This document shows positions 26,901 to 33,847 of a stretch of 45,102 nucleotides of DNA, piece after piece (the first letter of the stretch is position 1; each line of letters begins with the position of its first letter). Made by a program: the position numbers and the translations under genes. This stretch comes from Deltaproteobacteria bacterium (GTDB taxonomy: Bacteria > Desulfobacterota > Binatia > Binatales > Binataceae): positions 1 to 45,102 of the forward strand of contig JAJZAG010000002.1 of the NCBI GenBank assembly GCA_021799555.1, in the 5' to 3' direction. The notes under the pieces were generated by a model. The model did not search any database. It saw nothing but the letters and a program-made list of their open reading frames with translations, and had not been told where the DNA came from.

Positions 26901-27722
26901 TACGTCGTTGCTCGCGGCGACGGGAATGCGCATCGTTTCGGCGATCGCGAAGAGTTTGCGGTTTAGCCGTTCTTCGCTGGCGTCGAGATGGCGCTGTAAA
27001 TCGATGTAAAGATTGTCCGCGCCGAAAATCCCGCGCAACCGATCCGTGAGTGCGCGCGGATCTTCGCCGCGCACGAGCGCGCGCGCAAGCGGGCTCATCA
27101 CTCCACCCGCAAGGCAGATCAGCCCCCGTCCGTAGCGCTCCAAATCCTTCAGGGTGACGCGGCTTTCGCCCTTGGCCGGATAAACCGGCTGTTCCGATCC
27201 CTCGCCCTGTAAGGGAGAGGTTAGGTGAGGGTCATTATTCAGCGCGGAGCAAAGCGGAGCGCACTCAAAATTCTGAGGATTTCTCGCCGCGGCAATCGCA
27301 TCGGATCGACCTAACCCCTGACCCCTTCCCGCACGGGAAGGGGAACTATGTCCCGATGCAACCGATGATTCGTCAGCGCCCTCATCCACGCGGCGCTGCG
27401 CGCGATATCCGAGCACGCGGAGCTTCGATGCGGTGATCATCCGGCAGAGATTCTTGTAACGCGCGCGGTTGGGGATGAGAACATAGAGGCGGCTGTTGTC
27501 GTCAAGCGTGAGTTCCGCACCGACAATCGGGCGGATCGTGGCGGCCTTTGCGCCCTGGAAGAAGCGGGGATGCCCGTACATCCCGTCGCAATCGCCGAGT
27601 GCGAGCGCGCGGTAGCCGAGTTCGGCTGCGCGCGCGGCAAGGTCCTCGGGGGTCGAGGCGCCCTCAAGAAAGCTGAACGCGCTGCGCGTCCGCAGCTCGA
27701 TATAGTCAGTCGTACACGCCAT
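23979..27722 (-). CDS. dnaE2: error-prone DNA polymerase III alpha-like subunit DnaE2 (ImuC)
   Basis: The ATG at 27722 gives MACTTDYIELRTRSAFSFLEGASTPEDL (PHP domain). GRGSAANSAVCYALGIT, WPDIDIDL, VFQVESRAQM and VAIIRPGPI are present. The start overlaps the imuB stop by 17 nt. The product is about 1247 aa, roughly 150 aa longer than usual because of two repeat-derived inserts. The ORF stays open up to 27818. Confidence 0.92.
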   Translation of the reverse strand: MACTTDYIELRTRSAFSFLEGASTPEDLAARAAELGYRALALGDCDGMYGHPRFFQGAKAATIRPIVGAELTLDDNSRLYVLIPNRARYKNLCRMITASKLRVLGYRAQRRVDEGADESSVASGHSSPSRAGRGQGLGRSDAIAAARNPQNFECAPLCSALNNDPHLTSPLQGEGSEQPVYPAKGESRVTLKDLERYGRGLICLAGGVMSPLARALVRGEDPRALTDRLRGIFGADNLYIDLQRHLDASEERLNRKLFAIAETMRIPVAASNDVCAALEDRRLLDVLTCIRLGTTLEEAGRALWVNSNRHLKSPAEMAALFRDLPDAVAATRAIAERCEFTMSDMGYRFPDYPLPPGESADSYLRALTYAGARERWGRGGIDVRTRRQLEHELDVIARLKLAGYFLIVWDIVQFCRENRIIAQGRGSAANSAVCYALGITAVDAVKMELLFERFLSEERGEWPDIDIDLPSGDDRERVIQYVYRRYGERGAAMTANVITYRTKSAVREVGKALGFSPEQVDRLAKLNQVYEFRDHHDDLVELLRRGGIDAEAPRIRMLIDLVRRIQSIPRHLGQHSGGMVIAAQPLDEIVPLEPASMPGRVVIQWDKDDCADLGIIKIDLLGLGMLAALEEAIPMIRAHENLEIDLAHLPPDDPGVYAMLRRADTVGVFQVESRAQMATLPRMKPERFYDLVVEVAIIRPGPIVGKLVHPYLDRRNGRAPVTYPHPALEPILRRTLGVPLFQEQLLRIAMTVGGFTGGEAEELRRAMGFKRSAERMEKIEARLRGGMARNGIIGASADDIVRSITSFALYGFPESHAASFALIAYASAYLKYHHPAAFFAAMLNCYPLGFYSPATLIKDAERHGVTMLPIDVTSSDWNCTLQYRANRVPINPPPPGKGNAALRRAGEDANEPPVTAAHSSPSRAGRGQGLGRNDAADAPDSENPESKLIHQISNRAPLRSALNNDPHQTSPLQGEGSGTAAWRAMEGPSPGRVPVAPPFQGEGSEGRRAALGIRMGLRYVAGLREETGRRAERERARRPFDSIADFTARVGPNRRELDALAYAGAFAAFGMTRRDAMWNAAAVERDPKSLLAGASPRRAPGPPPAPLPKMSPLEETTADYAATGITTGPHLMTHLRTRLKARGILSAADLLRAPHDSWVKTAGVVIVRQRPGTAKGFLFVTLEDETGIANLIVVPDLFQKHRALLRSAGILYAEGWLQQVDGVTAIRARKFAEIKLPGAIPPSHDFH
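24712..24764. repeat. solo left-end module (long variant) of the hairpin-ended repeat, inside dnaE2
   Basis: GATCCTTCGCCCTGAAAGGGAGGTGCCACTGGCACGCGGCCAGGTGAGGGTCC matches the long left end of the imuB copy, including the GTGCCA-C-TGGCAC stem. No core or right end follows. Confidence 0.7.
24793..24967. repeat. hairpin-ended MITE/REP-like repeat, copy A (in frame in dnaE2)
   Basis: The left end is GATCCCTCGCCCTGTAAGGGAGAGGTTTGGTGAGGGTCATTATTCAGCGCGGAGCGCAGCGGAGCGCG. The right end is CGACCTAACCCCTGACCCCTTCCCGCACGGGAAGGGGAAC. It is translated as SSPSRAGRGQGLGRND...PLRSALNNDPHQTSPLQGEGS. Confidence 0.85.
27196..27346. repeat. hairpin-ended MITE/REP-like repeat, copy B (in frame in dnaE2)
   Basis: Its ends are nearly identical to copy A (left end GATCCCTCGCCCTGTAAGGGAGAGGTTAGGTGAGGGTCATTATTCAGCGCGGAGC; right end identical over 40 nt). 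It is translated as SSPSRAGRGQGLGRSD...PLCSALNNDPHLTSPLQGEGS. Confidence 0.85.
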
Positions 27723-29430
27723 CGACGAACCACCGCTCCGAGTTGAGATCGCAAAACACGCGATAGACACCGCCGTCGTCGAGCGCGAGTTCATAATAGT
27801 CGCGCAGGAACCCGCCACGCTGCACGCCCATATCCGATTCCTCTCCCTGTAAGGGAGGTGCCACTGGCACGCGGCCAGGTGAGGGATCCTTATTCAGCGC
27901 GGAGCGCAGCGGAGTGTGGTTAAGATTCTGCGGATGATTCGGCGTGCCAGCCGAATCGGGTCGACCTACCCCCTGACTCCTTCCCGCACGAGAAGGGGAA
28001 CCAGGTGCGATGCTTGGGCGGAGGTCTGTGGGCAAGGTGGATGAATCGGCGGCGGCCGCGCCTTTCCACCATTCGCCGTCGCGGCGCCACGGTCCCGCGA
28101 TCGAGACCACACGCGCGCCGAGATTCGCACCGCGCACGAACTCCGGCCCGCCACGTGAGACCATCACCTCGATTTCGAGCGCGGGCCGCAGTGCCCGGAG
28201 CACAAGCTGCGCGACCGGTTTGCCGCATGCGCCGTTGTGGTCAGGACGCGGTGGCGGCGGATCAAACGGCTCCAGACGTATCGCCTCAGGCCGGTATGAA
28301 TTCTCCGCGCGTAACGCGCCGACGTTGCCGGGGCCGCACAGCGCCGCGAGCCGCGCGATCGTGGTCGCGAGCCGATCGGGAGCCGGCGCGGGCGGCAGAA
28401 ACATGTCGGCCTGCGCGGGGCGCGGCGCACGCGGCGTGATTTCGAGTCTGACCGTCTCGACGGCGGCCTCCGGCGGCGCGGCTTCAAGCGCAAGGTTGAT
28501 GAGCGTCAGGATCGCGCGCACGTCGCAGGTGGGCGCGGCGATCGCGATGCGGCGGCTTGCGATCCGATGGTCTTCGAGTCCAAGCACGAGGATCGCGTCG
28601 CCCGCGGCGAATCCGCGCAGATGAAGACGCGCGATGATCCGTTCGAGGGCTCCGCGAATCACGAAGCCCAGCGGTTCGAGATTGTCGATCGCGTAATCGA
28701 GTTCGGCGGCTTCGGTGAAAATTTCCGCGCGCCGACGCGCCACGATCGGCCGCGAGCTTCCGCCCCGCGCAAGGCGCACCAGCTCGACCCCGCGCCGTCC
28801 GAGCCTGCTGCCGATAGCGTCCGGATCCAGGCGCGCCAGATCACCCAGCCGGCGCATCCCCCAGCGCGAAAACGTCGCTTCGAGCTCCGCGCCGGGATCG
28901 AGCATCTCCAGCGGCAGCCAATCGATGAACTCGCGCTCGCGTCCTGCGCCGATCACCCGGACGCCGCCGCATCGCGCCGCTATCGCGGCGATCTCGCGGC
29001 TCGCGCCGACGCCGACCGCCGCTTCCATCCCGAGCCTGCGCACGCGCCGCTGAAGCTCAATCGCAAGCTCGTCTTCGCTGGAGAAGATTCGCCCGAGGCC
29101 TGCCAGATCGAGCCATACGCATCCGGGCGCGCCCGGCTCGACGATCGGCGAGATCGATTCCGCGGCGTCGGCGAGCGCCTGATGCGCTGAATTTTCGGCG
29201 GCGGGCGCGGGCGCATTTACGATCAGTTTGGAAGAGACGGCGCGCGCCTGCGCCAGCGTCATCCCGGCGCGGATTCCGAGCGCGCGCGCGGATGACGAGA
29301 CGGCAACAACCTCGGCATGCGTGGCGGAGCTTGCGGCGATCGCGAGCGCGGCGCCTTCGAGCGCGGGATTAGCACGCACCATCGCGGCGATCGAAAAATC
29401 GTGAACCATGATGCATGCGATACGCGCCAT
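27706..29430 (-). CDS. imuB: Y-family-polymerase-like protein ImuB
   Basis: The gene sits between imuA and dnaE2 and is translationally coupled to both. The N-terminus MARIACIMVHDFSIAA and an overall Y-family (UmuC/DinB-like) layout are present. The C-terminal W...RDYYEL...WFVDG motif is typical of ImuB. Confidence 0.85.
   Translation of the reverse strand: MARIACIMVHDFSIAAMVRANPALEGAALAIAASSATHAEVVAVSSSARALGIRAGMTLAQARAVSSKLIVNAPAPAAENSAHQALADAAESISPIVEPGAPGCVWLDLAGLGRIFSSEDELAIELQRRVRRLGMEAAVGVGASREIAAIAARCGGVRVIGAGREREFIDWLPLEMLDPGAELEATFSRWGMRRLGDLARLDPDAIGSRLGRRGVELVRLARGGSSRPIVARRRAEIFTEAAELDYAIDNLEPLGFVIRGALERIIARLHLRGFAAGDAILVLGLEDHRIASRRIAIAAPTCDVRAILTLINLALEAAPPEAAVETVRLEITPRAPRPAQADMFLPPAPAPDRLATTIARLAALCGPGNVGALRAENSYRPEAIRLEPFDPPPPRPDHNGACGKPVAQLVLRALRPALEIEVMVSRGGPEFVRGANLGARVVSIAGPWRRDGEWWKGAAAADSSTLPTDLRPSIAPGSPSRAGRSQGVGRPDSAGTPNHPQNLNHTPLRSALNKDPSPGRVPVAPPLQGEESDMGVQRGGFLRDYYELALDDGGVYRVFCDLNSERWFVDGVYD
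27836..28001. repeat. hairpin-ended MITE/REP-like repeat, copy C (in frame in imuB, long left end)
   Basis: GATTCCTCTCCCTGTAAGGGAGGTGCCACTGGCACGCGGCCAGGTGAGGGATCCTTATTCAGCGCGGAGCGCAGCGGAG ... CGACCTACCCCCTGACTCCTTCCCGCACGAGAAGGGGAAC. It is translated as GSPSRAGRSQGVGRPD...PLRSALNKDPSPGRVPVAPPLQGEES. Confidence 0.85.
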
Positions 29431-29442
29431 GATACATCCGGG

Positions 29443-30576
29443 TTAGCGCGCCGCATCTGCGGCTGCATCTGATCCCTCGCCCTGTAAGGGAGAGGCCAGG
29501 TGAGGCACATTATTCAGCGCGGAGCGTAGCGCAGCGCGATTAAAATTCCGAGGGCGTTCCGGCGCGTCAGCCGAATCGTTTCGACCTAACCCCTGATCCC
29601 TTCCCACACGGGAAGGGGAACCAGATCTGTTGATTCTGCTGATGTCCCCGTAGGTAGCGGATGATTCAGCAGGCTCATGTTCAGAGCTGTGTCCGCTTCC
29701 CTTCCCGATGCGGCGAGGGCGGCAGGCTTCGCCCGCGAGACGAGGCCGCTCCGGATGCGCCCGCGCGATATCAGCATCGGATAGCGGCGCATCGCATACC
29801 GGATCGATCGCGGCGATAATTCGCGTGACCGCGCCCGAGCCGCCGAGCTTGTTGCGCGTGATGACGGATTCGAGTCTCAGCCCGTCGAAGAGCGCGGGCG
29901 CGCCGGGGCGGATCCGGCTGAACGACGCACTGGCGCGATTCATCGTGAGGCTCAGCGCCGCGAAGGTTCCGCAAATCCTGCGCGGTGCGATCGCGATCAC
30001 GGCGGCTCCGCTGCGCTCGGCCGCCCGTGCGATACGCAGCACGGCGCTGTCGGGAATCGCACGAAAAATATCGCCGAAATCGATTACTACCAGGCCGAAG
30101 CCTCCCGCCTCGAGCACCATCTCGGCGGCCTTGAGGATTCGTCCCTCGCGCGAGGACGTGAGGCGCGCGCGATTAGCCTCCCGCGGAATCGAGACCCACA
30201 GTACGCGCGCGAGCTCGACTCCGGCGGCGGCGATACTAGTGGGATCGAATGCACCAGCAGCATCGATCCATGCGATAACCTCTCCACTTCCAGTCGCATT
30301 AGCAGCGAAGGCCGCTACGAGCGAAGTCCTGCCAGTCCCGGCGCGTCCGATAACTTCGCTGACCCGGCCGCGCGCGATTCCACCGTCGAGAATAGCATCG
30401 AGCGCATCGATACCCGAAGCGAGCCGCCGCGCCTTGCGCGTAAGCTCCCGCCCACGAAAAACTCCAGCAAAATCAGCTAGATGAGACTCATTTCCAAGGG
30501 CAGACGAGAGTGGATGCAGCGGCGAAGCAGCCGAGGGATTAGAAGAGATCCATGGAGCTTTGATCGCAGCCGCCAT
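29443..30576 (-). CDS. imuA: ImuA (RecA/SulA-like SOS mutagenesis protein)
   Basis: It is the first gene of the cassette, and its stop lies 12 nt before the imuB ATG. The RecA-like core has a degenerate P-loop (VIGRAGTGRTSL), WIDAAGAFDP and GLVVIDF. The 377-aa product has a ~120-aa low-complexity C-terminal tail that contains repeat copy D. Confidence 0.75.
   Translation of the reverse strand: MAAAIKAPWISSNPSAASPLHPLSSALGNESHLADFAGVFRGRELTRKARRLASGIDALDAILDGGIARGRVSEVIGRAGTGRTSLVAAFAANATGSGEVIAWIDAAGAFDPTSIAAAGVELARVLWVSIPREANRARLTSSREGRILKAAEMVLEAGGFGLVVIDFGDIFRAIPDSAVLRIARAAERSGAAVIAIAPRRICGTFAALSLTMNRASASFSRIRPGAPALFDGLRLESVITRNKLGGSGAVTRIIAAIDPVCDAPLSDADIARAHPERPRLAGEACRPRRIGKGSGHSSEHEPAESSATYGDISRINRSGSPSRVGRDQGLGRNDSADAPERPRNFNRAALRSALNNVPHLASPLQGEGSDAAADAAR
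29471..29621. repeat. hairpin-ended MITE/REP-like repeat, copy D (in frame in the imuA 3' end)
   Basis: GATCCCTCGCCCTGTAAGGGAGAGGCCAGGTGAGGCACATTATTCAGCGCGGAGCGTAGCGCAGCGCG ... CGACCTAACCCCTGATCCCTTCCCACACGGGAAGGGGAAC. It is translated as GSPSRVGRDQGLGRND...ALRSALNNVPHLASPLQGEGS. Confidence 0.85.
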
Positions 30577-30582
30577 GAATCA

Positions 30583-30612
30583 ATTTTCGCTTTTTCTTCG
30601 CTATTAAGTCAA
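30583..30612 (-). promoter_or_regulatory. candidate sigma70-type promoter giving a leaderless imuA mRNA
   Basis: On the minus strand, TTGACT (30612-30607) is followed by an 18-nt spacer, GAAAAT (30588-30583), 6 nt, and then the imuA ATG (30576). No Shine-Dalgarno is visible upstream of the ATG. Confidence 0.25.
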
Positions 30613-30664
30613 ATCAAATTTATCTCGATGAGCTTGCACAAACGGACAGTGCGAACGCATAAGG

Positions 30665-30988
30665 TTAGCCGGTGTACGTCGCGAGCCACCAGGTGTTGCC
30701 GTAGGAGTCTTTCACGCCGGCTTCGAGCGCGCGCCTGTACGCGGCGTCCATGTCTTCTACATAGACGTAAATCGAGGCGCGTGTGCCGCCGGGATGAGGC
30801 GGGTCGCCGGCTTCGATCCCGATCATCGAGTCGCCGATTCTAGCTTCGATATGAAAACCATTTCCGACCGGCAGGCGTTCGAGCTCCTGTGCGCCGAAGG
30901 CATGTTTCAGCAATTCAGGCAGCTTGAGATCGCCGTAAAGATAGGGGCCGACGATTCCGTGGCGGATGTGCTGGCTTGTGCCCCTCAT
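30665..30988 (-). CDS. VOC family (glyoxalase/PhnB-like) protein
   Basis: GPYLYGD...LLKHAFGAQELERLP..NGFHIEARIGDSMIGI and IYVYVEDMDAAYRRALEAG...GNTWWLAT match the PhnB-like VOC pattern. At 107 aa it is somewhat short for the family. Confidence 0.7.
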   Translation of the reverse strand: MRGTSQHIRHGIVGPYLYGDLKLPELLKHAFGAQELERLPVGNGFHIEARIGDSMIGIEAGDPPHPGGTRASIYVYVEDMDAAYRRALEAGVKDSYGNTWWLATYTG

Positions 30989-31086
30989 CGGGATTCCTCC
31001 GGCCTGAATTGGTCACAATTGGATGCTACTGAGGATCAACTGTCGAGACGCACTTTGGTTACGCCGTCAGTAAGGACGGGAGCGGC

Positions 31087-32112
31087 TCAGACTTCGCGGT
31101 CGATCTGTTCGTCGATAATCGCGGCCAAGCTGTCGCGATAGGGCGAGGGACGCAACTCGCGCAGGATGTCGCGCGCAATCATTACCTCAGCGGCAGCCAT
31201 CGCGCGTGCCTCGGCGATAAGCTTCGGGTCGCGCAGGATTTCGAGTGCGCGTTGGAAGGCGGCGCCTGACATCTCGACCCGGTTTTGCAGCATCTGCTTG
31301 AGCTCGGGATTGCGCGCGGCTGCGAGCACGACCGGCAGCGAGGGGATTCCCTCGCGTAGATCGGAGCCGACCGGTTTGCCGATTTTTTCCTCGGGTCCGA
31401 GGACATCGAGCAGGTCGTCAATCATCTGAAAGGCAAGCCCCATCGTAAGCCCCAGGCGCGACATCGCGTCGATTCCACCGCTGGGCATCCCGGCCAAATC
31501 GGCGGCGACTTTTCCGCCCGCGTAAAATAGCGATGCGGTCTTGCGCGTGATCACCTGGCGATAGTCGGCGATAGTCGCCGAGGCGCTGTGACGCAGCCTG
31601 CCCTCCATCACCTCGCCCTCCGTCAGTTCGATACAAGCCTGCGCCGCCGTCCGGACCAGATGCTCCTCGAAGCGGCCGCATAGCTCGAAGGCGCGGCAGA
31701 ACATATAGTCGCCCGCGATCAGGGTGGGTGCGAATCCGTAGCGCGCGAGCGCCGAGGGCTTGCCGCGACGCAGGCGGCCGGCGTCAATAATGTCGTCATG
31801 CAATAGCGTCGCTGAATGGATCAGTTCGAGGGCGATCGCCGCGTCGATCGCGTCTTCAATTTTTTCGTCCGAGCCGCCACACGCGCGGTACACCAGCAAG
31901 ATGAAAATGGGGCGCAGGCGTTTGCCGCCGCCATCAACCAGGTAATGACAAATCTCCGCGATCAGCGATTCGTTCGAGTCGAGCAGGCGGGTGAGCTTGG
32001 CCTCGGCGGCGGCGAGATCGGCTTCGACGATCGCAGCGGGATTTGATAGGGCGCGATTGGCCGACGCGGGAGCGCGCCGGCTGGCGAGATCGATGGTTTT
32101 GGCTTTTTTCAC
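31087..32112 (-). CDS. polyprenyl diphosphate synthase (trans-IPPS, long/medium chain)
   Basis: The first Asp-rich motif is LLHDDIIDAGRLRRG and the second is FQMIDDLLD. KRLRP is present near the N-terminus. The gene starts 3 nt after the cofE stop. Confidence 0.9.
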   Translation of the reverse strand: MKKAKTIDLASRRAPASANRALSNPAAIVEADLAAAEAKLTRLLDSNESLIAEICHYLVDGGGKRLRPIFILLVYRACGGSDEKIEDAIDAAIALELIHSATLLHDDIIDAGRLRRGKPSALARYGFAPTLIAGDYMFCRAFELCGRFEEHLVRTAAQACIELTEGEVMEGRLRHSASATIADYRQVITRKTASLFYAGGKVAADLAGMPSGGIDAMSRLGLTMGLAFQMIDDLLDVLGPEEKIGKPVGSDLREGIPSLPVVLAAARNPELKQMLQNRVEMSGAAFQRALEILRDPKLIAEARAMAAAEVMIARDILRELRPSPYRDSLAAIIDEQIDREV

Positions 32113-32115
32113 GGG

Positions 32116-32868
32116 TTAGCGGAATAAATCGGCTTCGGCGGGGCGAATCAATACTTTCGCACTGCCGTCGAAGGGTTGATAGGGATAGCCGCGCACCAGC
32201 ACGGCGGGAATCGCGCCGGCTTTTTCCATCAGCAGGCCGGCCGCGCAGGCCAGTTCGTCGGCGATCGCAACGACGGTGTGATGCAGTTCGCGGCCGGCCA
32301 GATCAGCGGTGCCGCGCAAATCAAGCATCGCGTTCATTCCGGCGATCCCGAGGCAGATTTCGGTCAGGCCGTCGCGCCATGGACGACCGAATGTGTCGGT
32401 GACGAGCACGGCGAGGTCGACGCCGAAGCGGTCGCGGAGACCAGTGCGGATTCTGCGCGCGGAGGCGTCGGGATCGACGGGCAAGAGGATTGCGCTGTCG
32501 TTTTCGAGGCTGTTGGATTCATCGACGCCTGCGTTGGCGCAGACCCATCCGGGACCGGTCTCGACGATAATCACGCCGCGATCGTTGCGCACGATGCGAT
32601 TGGTCTGGCGCAGCACGAGCTCGACGGCGCGCGGATCTTTTTCCCACCTTGCGGCGACACTTTTAGCGAATTCCGACGGTTCGATATCGCCAAGATGGAC
32701 TACGCGGCCCTCGGATTTCGAGACGATTTTCTGGCAGACGACAAGGATATCGCAAGTTTCGGGGCGAAGTCCGCTGCGGTCGAGTGCGTCTCCGATAAGC
32801 GCGGCCAAATCGTCGCCCGCCTTGACCATCGGGATTCCTTCGATCGCGGTGAGTGAAATCGAGCGCAT
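32116..32868 (-). CDS. cofE: coenzyme F420-0:L-glutamate ligase (single-domain CofE)
   Basis: The ATG at 32868 gives MRSISLTAIEGIPMVKAGDDL. CQKIVSKSEGR and CANAGVDESN are present. The 250-aa product has no C-terminal nitroreductase-like domain. Confidence 0.88.
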   Translation of the reverse strand: MRSISLTAIEGIPMVKAGDDLAALIGDALDRSGLRPETCDILVVCQKIVSKSEGRVVHLGDIEPSEFAKSVAARWEKDPRAVELVLRQTNRIVRNDRGVIIVETGPGWVCANAGVDESNSLENDSAILLPVDPDASARRIRTGLRDRFGVDLAVLVTDTFGRPWRDGLTEICLGIAGMNAMLDLRGTADLAGRELHHTVVAIADELACAAGLLMEKAGAIPAVLVRGYPYQPFDGSAKVLIRPAEADLFR

Positions 32869-32881
32869 CGGTCGGACAAGC

Positions 32882-33847
32882 TTACACGGGAAGCGCGCGC
32901 AGGACCACATCGGCGAGCCGCGCCGCCTTTTCGGGGGTGGTCATAATCGTATCCGTGACGGCCGCGCGCATCCCGAGTTTTTCGATTGCGGGTGCCAAAG
33001 CGCGGTCGGCGTTGTCGATGACGAAGGTGCCAGCTATATCCTGGTAAAGGCGGGCGACCGCGAGCGCCGACGCCGGCATCCCGAGTCCGCGCAGCATCTT
33101 GTCCGCAGGCCCCTTGATCGTTTTGCCGCCGACAATCGGGCTGATTGCGGCGACGTGGGGACGTATGCGGTGCAGTAGCGTGCGCACGCCGCGCAGGGCC
33201 AAGATCGGGCCGAGTGAGACGAAGGGATTCGACGGCGCCATGATCACCGCGGCTGACTCGCCGATTGCGCGTAGCGCCGCCGGAAGCGGACCGGCGGCGC
33301 GCGCGCCGCGTATCTCGATCCGCTCGACGATGCCGCGCGCCCGCCCGCGGACAAAGTATTGTTGGAAGGCAAGCGGCGCTCGGCCGCGGAGTTTTACGAA
33401 CGTTCGCACCTGATCGTCGCTCATCGGCATCACCTCGGCGCGGACGCCCAGCGCGCGCGCGATTTCGGCCGTCACCTGCGACAGGCGCGCGCCGGCGCGC
33501 ATCCGCTCGGTGCGGTAGATGTGGGTGGCCAAGTCGCGGTCGCCAAGCGTGAACCAGTGCGGACCGTAAAAACGATCGAGCGCCTCGAGCGTCGCGTGCG
33601 AATCGTTTTCGCGGCCATAGCCCAGCGTCCGGTTGACCACGCCCGCGAGCGTATAGGTCACGGTGTCGATATCGGGCGAGACGTGGAGGCCATAGAAGAT
33701 GTCGTCGTCGCCGGTGTTGACGACGATCGACATCCTCTCAGGCGCAACCCGACGCGCCAGGCCGCGGATGAACTTAGCAGCACCCACTCCCCCCGCAAGC
33801 GTGGTGATCCGCGAGCGGGGTGGAAGTGGCAATCGGGCGCGCCCCAT
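32882..33847 (-). CDS. cofD: 2-phospho-L-lactate transferase (CofD/FbiA)
   Basis: ITTLAGGVGAAKFIRGL, VVNTGDD and GPHWFTLGDRDLATH are present. The start at 33847 (or TTG 33832) overlaps the cofH 3' end. Confidence 0.88.
   Translation of the reverse strand: MGRARLPLPPRSRITTLAGGVGAAKFIRGLARRVAPERMSIVVNTGDDDIFYGLHVSPDIDTVTYTLAGVVNRTLGYGRENDSHATLEALDRFYGPHWFTLGDRDLATHIYRTERMRAGARLSQVTAEIARALGVRAEVMPMSDDQVRTFVKLRGRAPLAFQQYFVRGRARGIVERIEIRGARAAGPLPAALRAIGESAAVIMAPSNPFVSLGPILALRGVRTLLHRIRPHVAAISPIVGGKTIKGPADKMLRGLGMPASALAVARLYQDIAGTFVIDNADRALAPAIEKLGMRAAVTDTIMTTPEKAARLADVVLRALPV

Noticed and set aside
27194-27357. Target-site duplications flanking the hairpin-ended repeats (CCGAT on both sides of copy B; ATCTG at 29467-29471 and 29625-29629 for copy D)
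   Set aside because: The candidate direct repeats differ between copies and are absent for copy A. They are short enough to occur by chance. Boundaries cannot be fixed without empty-site comparisons.
24712-29621. Possibility that the repeated units are a CRISPR array
   Set aside because: The units are 150-175 bp long with internal hairpins. They are irregularly spaced (about 2.2 kb, 0.5 kb and 1.5 kb apart), lie inside conserved coding sequences, and have no cas genes nearby.
24712-29621. Possibility that the extra segments in DnaE2, ImuB and ImuA are inteins or introns
   Set aside because: The segments are only about 50-60 codons long. They lack intein splice-junction residues (N-terminal Cys/Ser, C-terminal His-Asn plus Cys/Ser/Thr) and endonuclease motifs. 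I see no group I or group II intron core structure, although removal at the RNA level cannot be excluded without transcript data.
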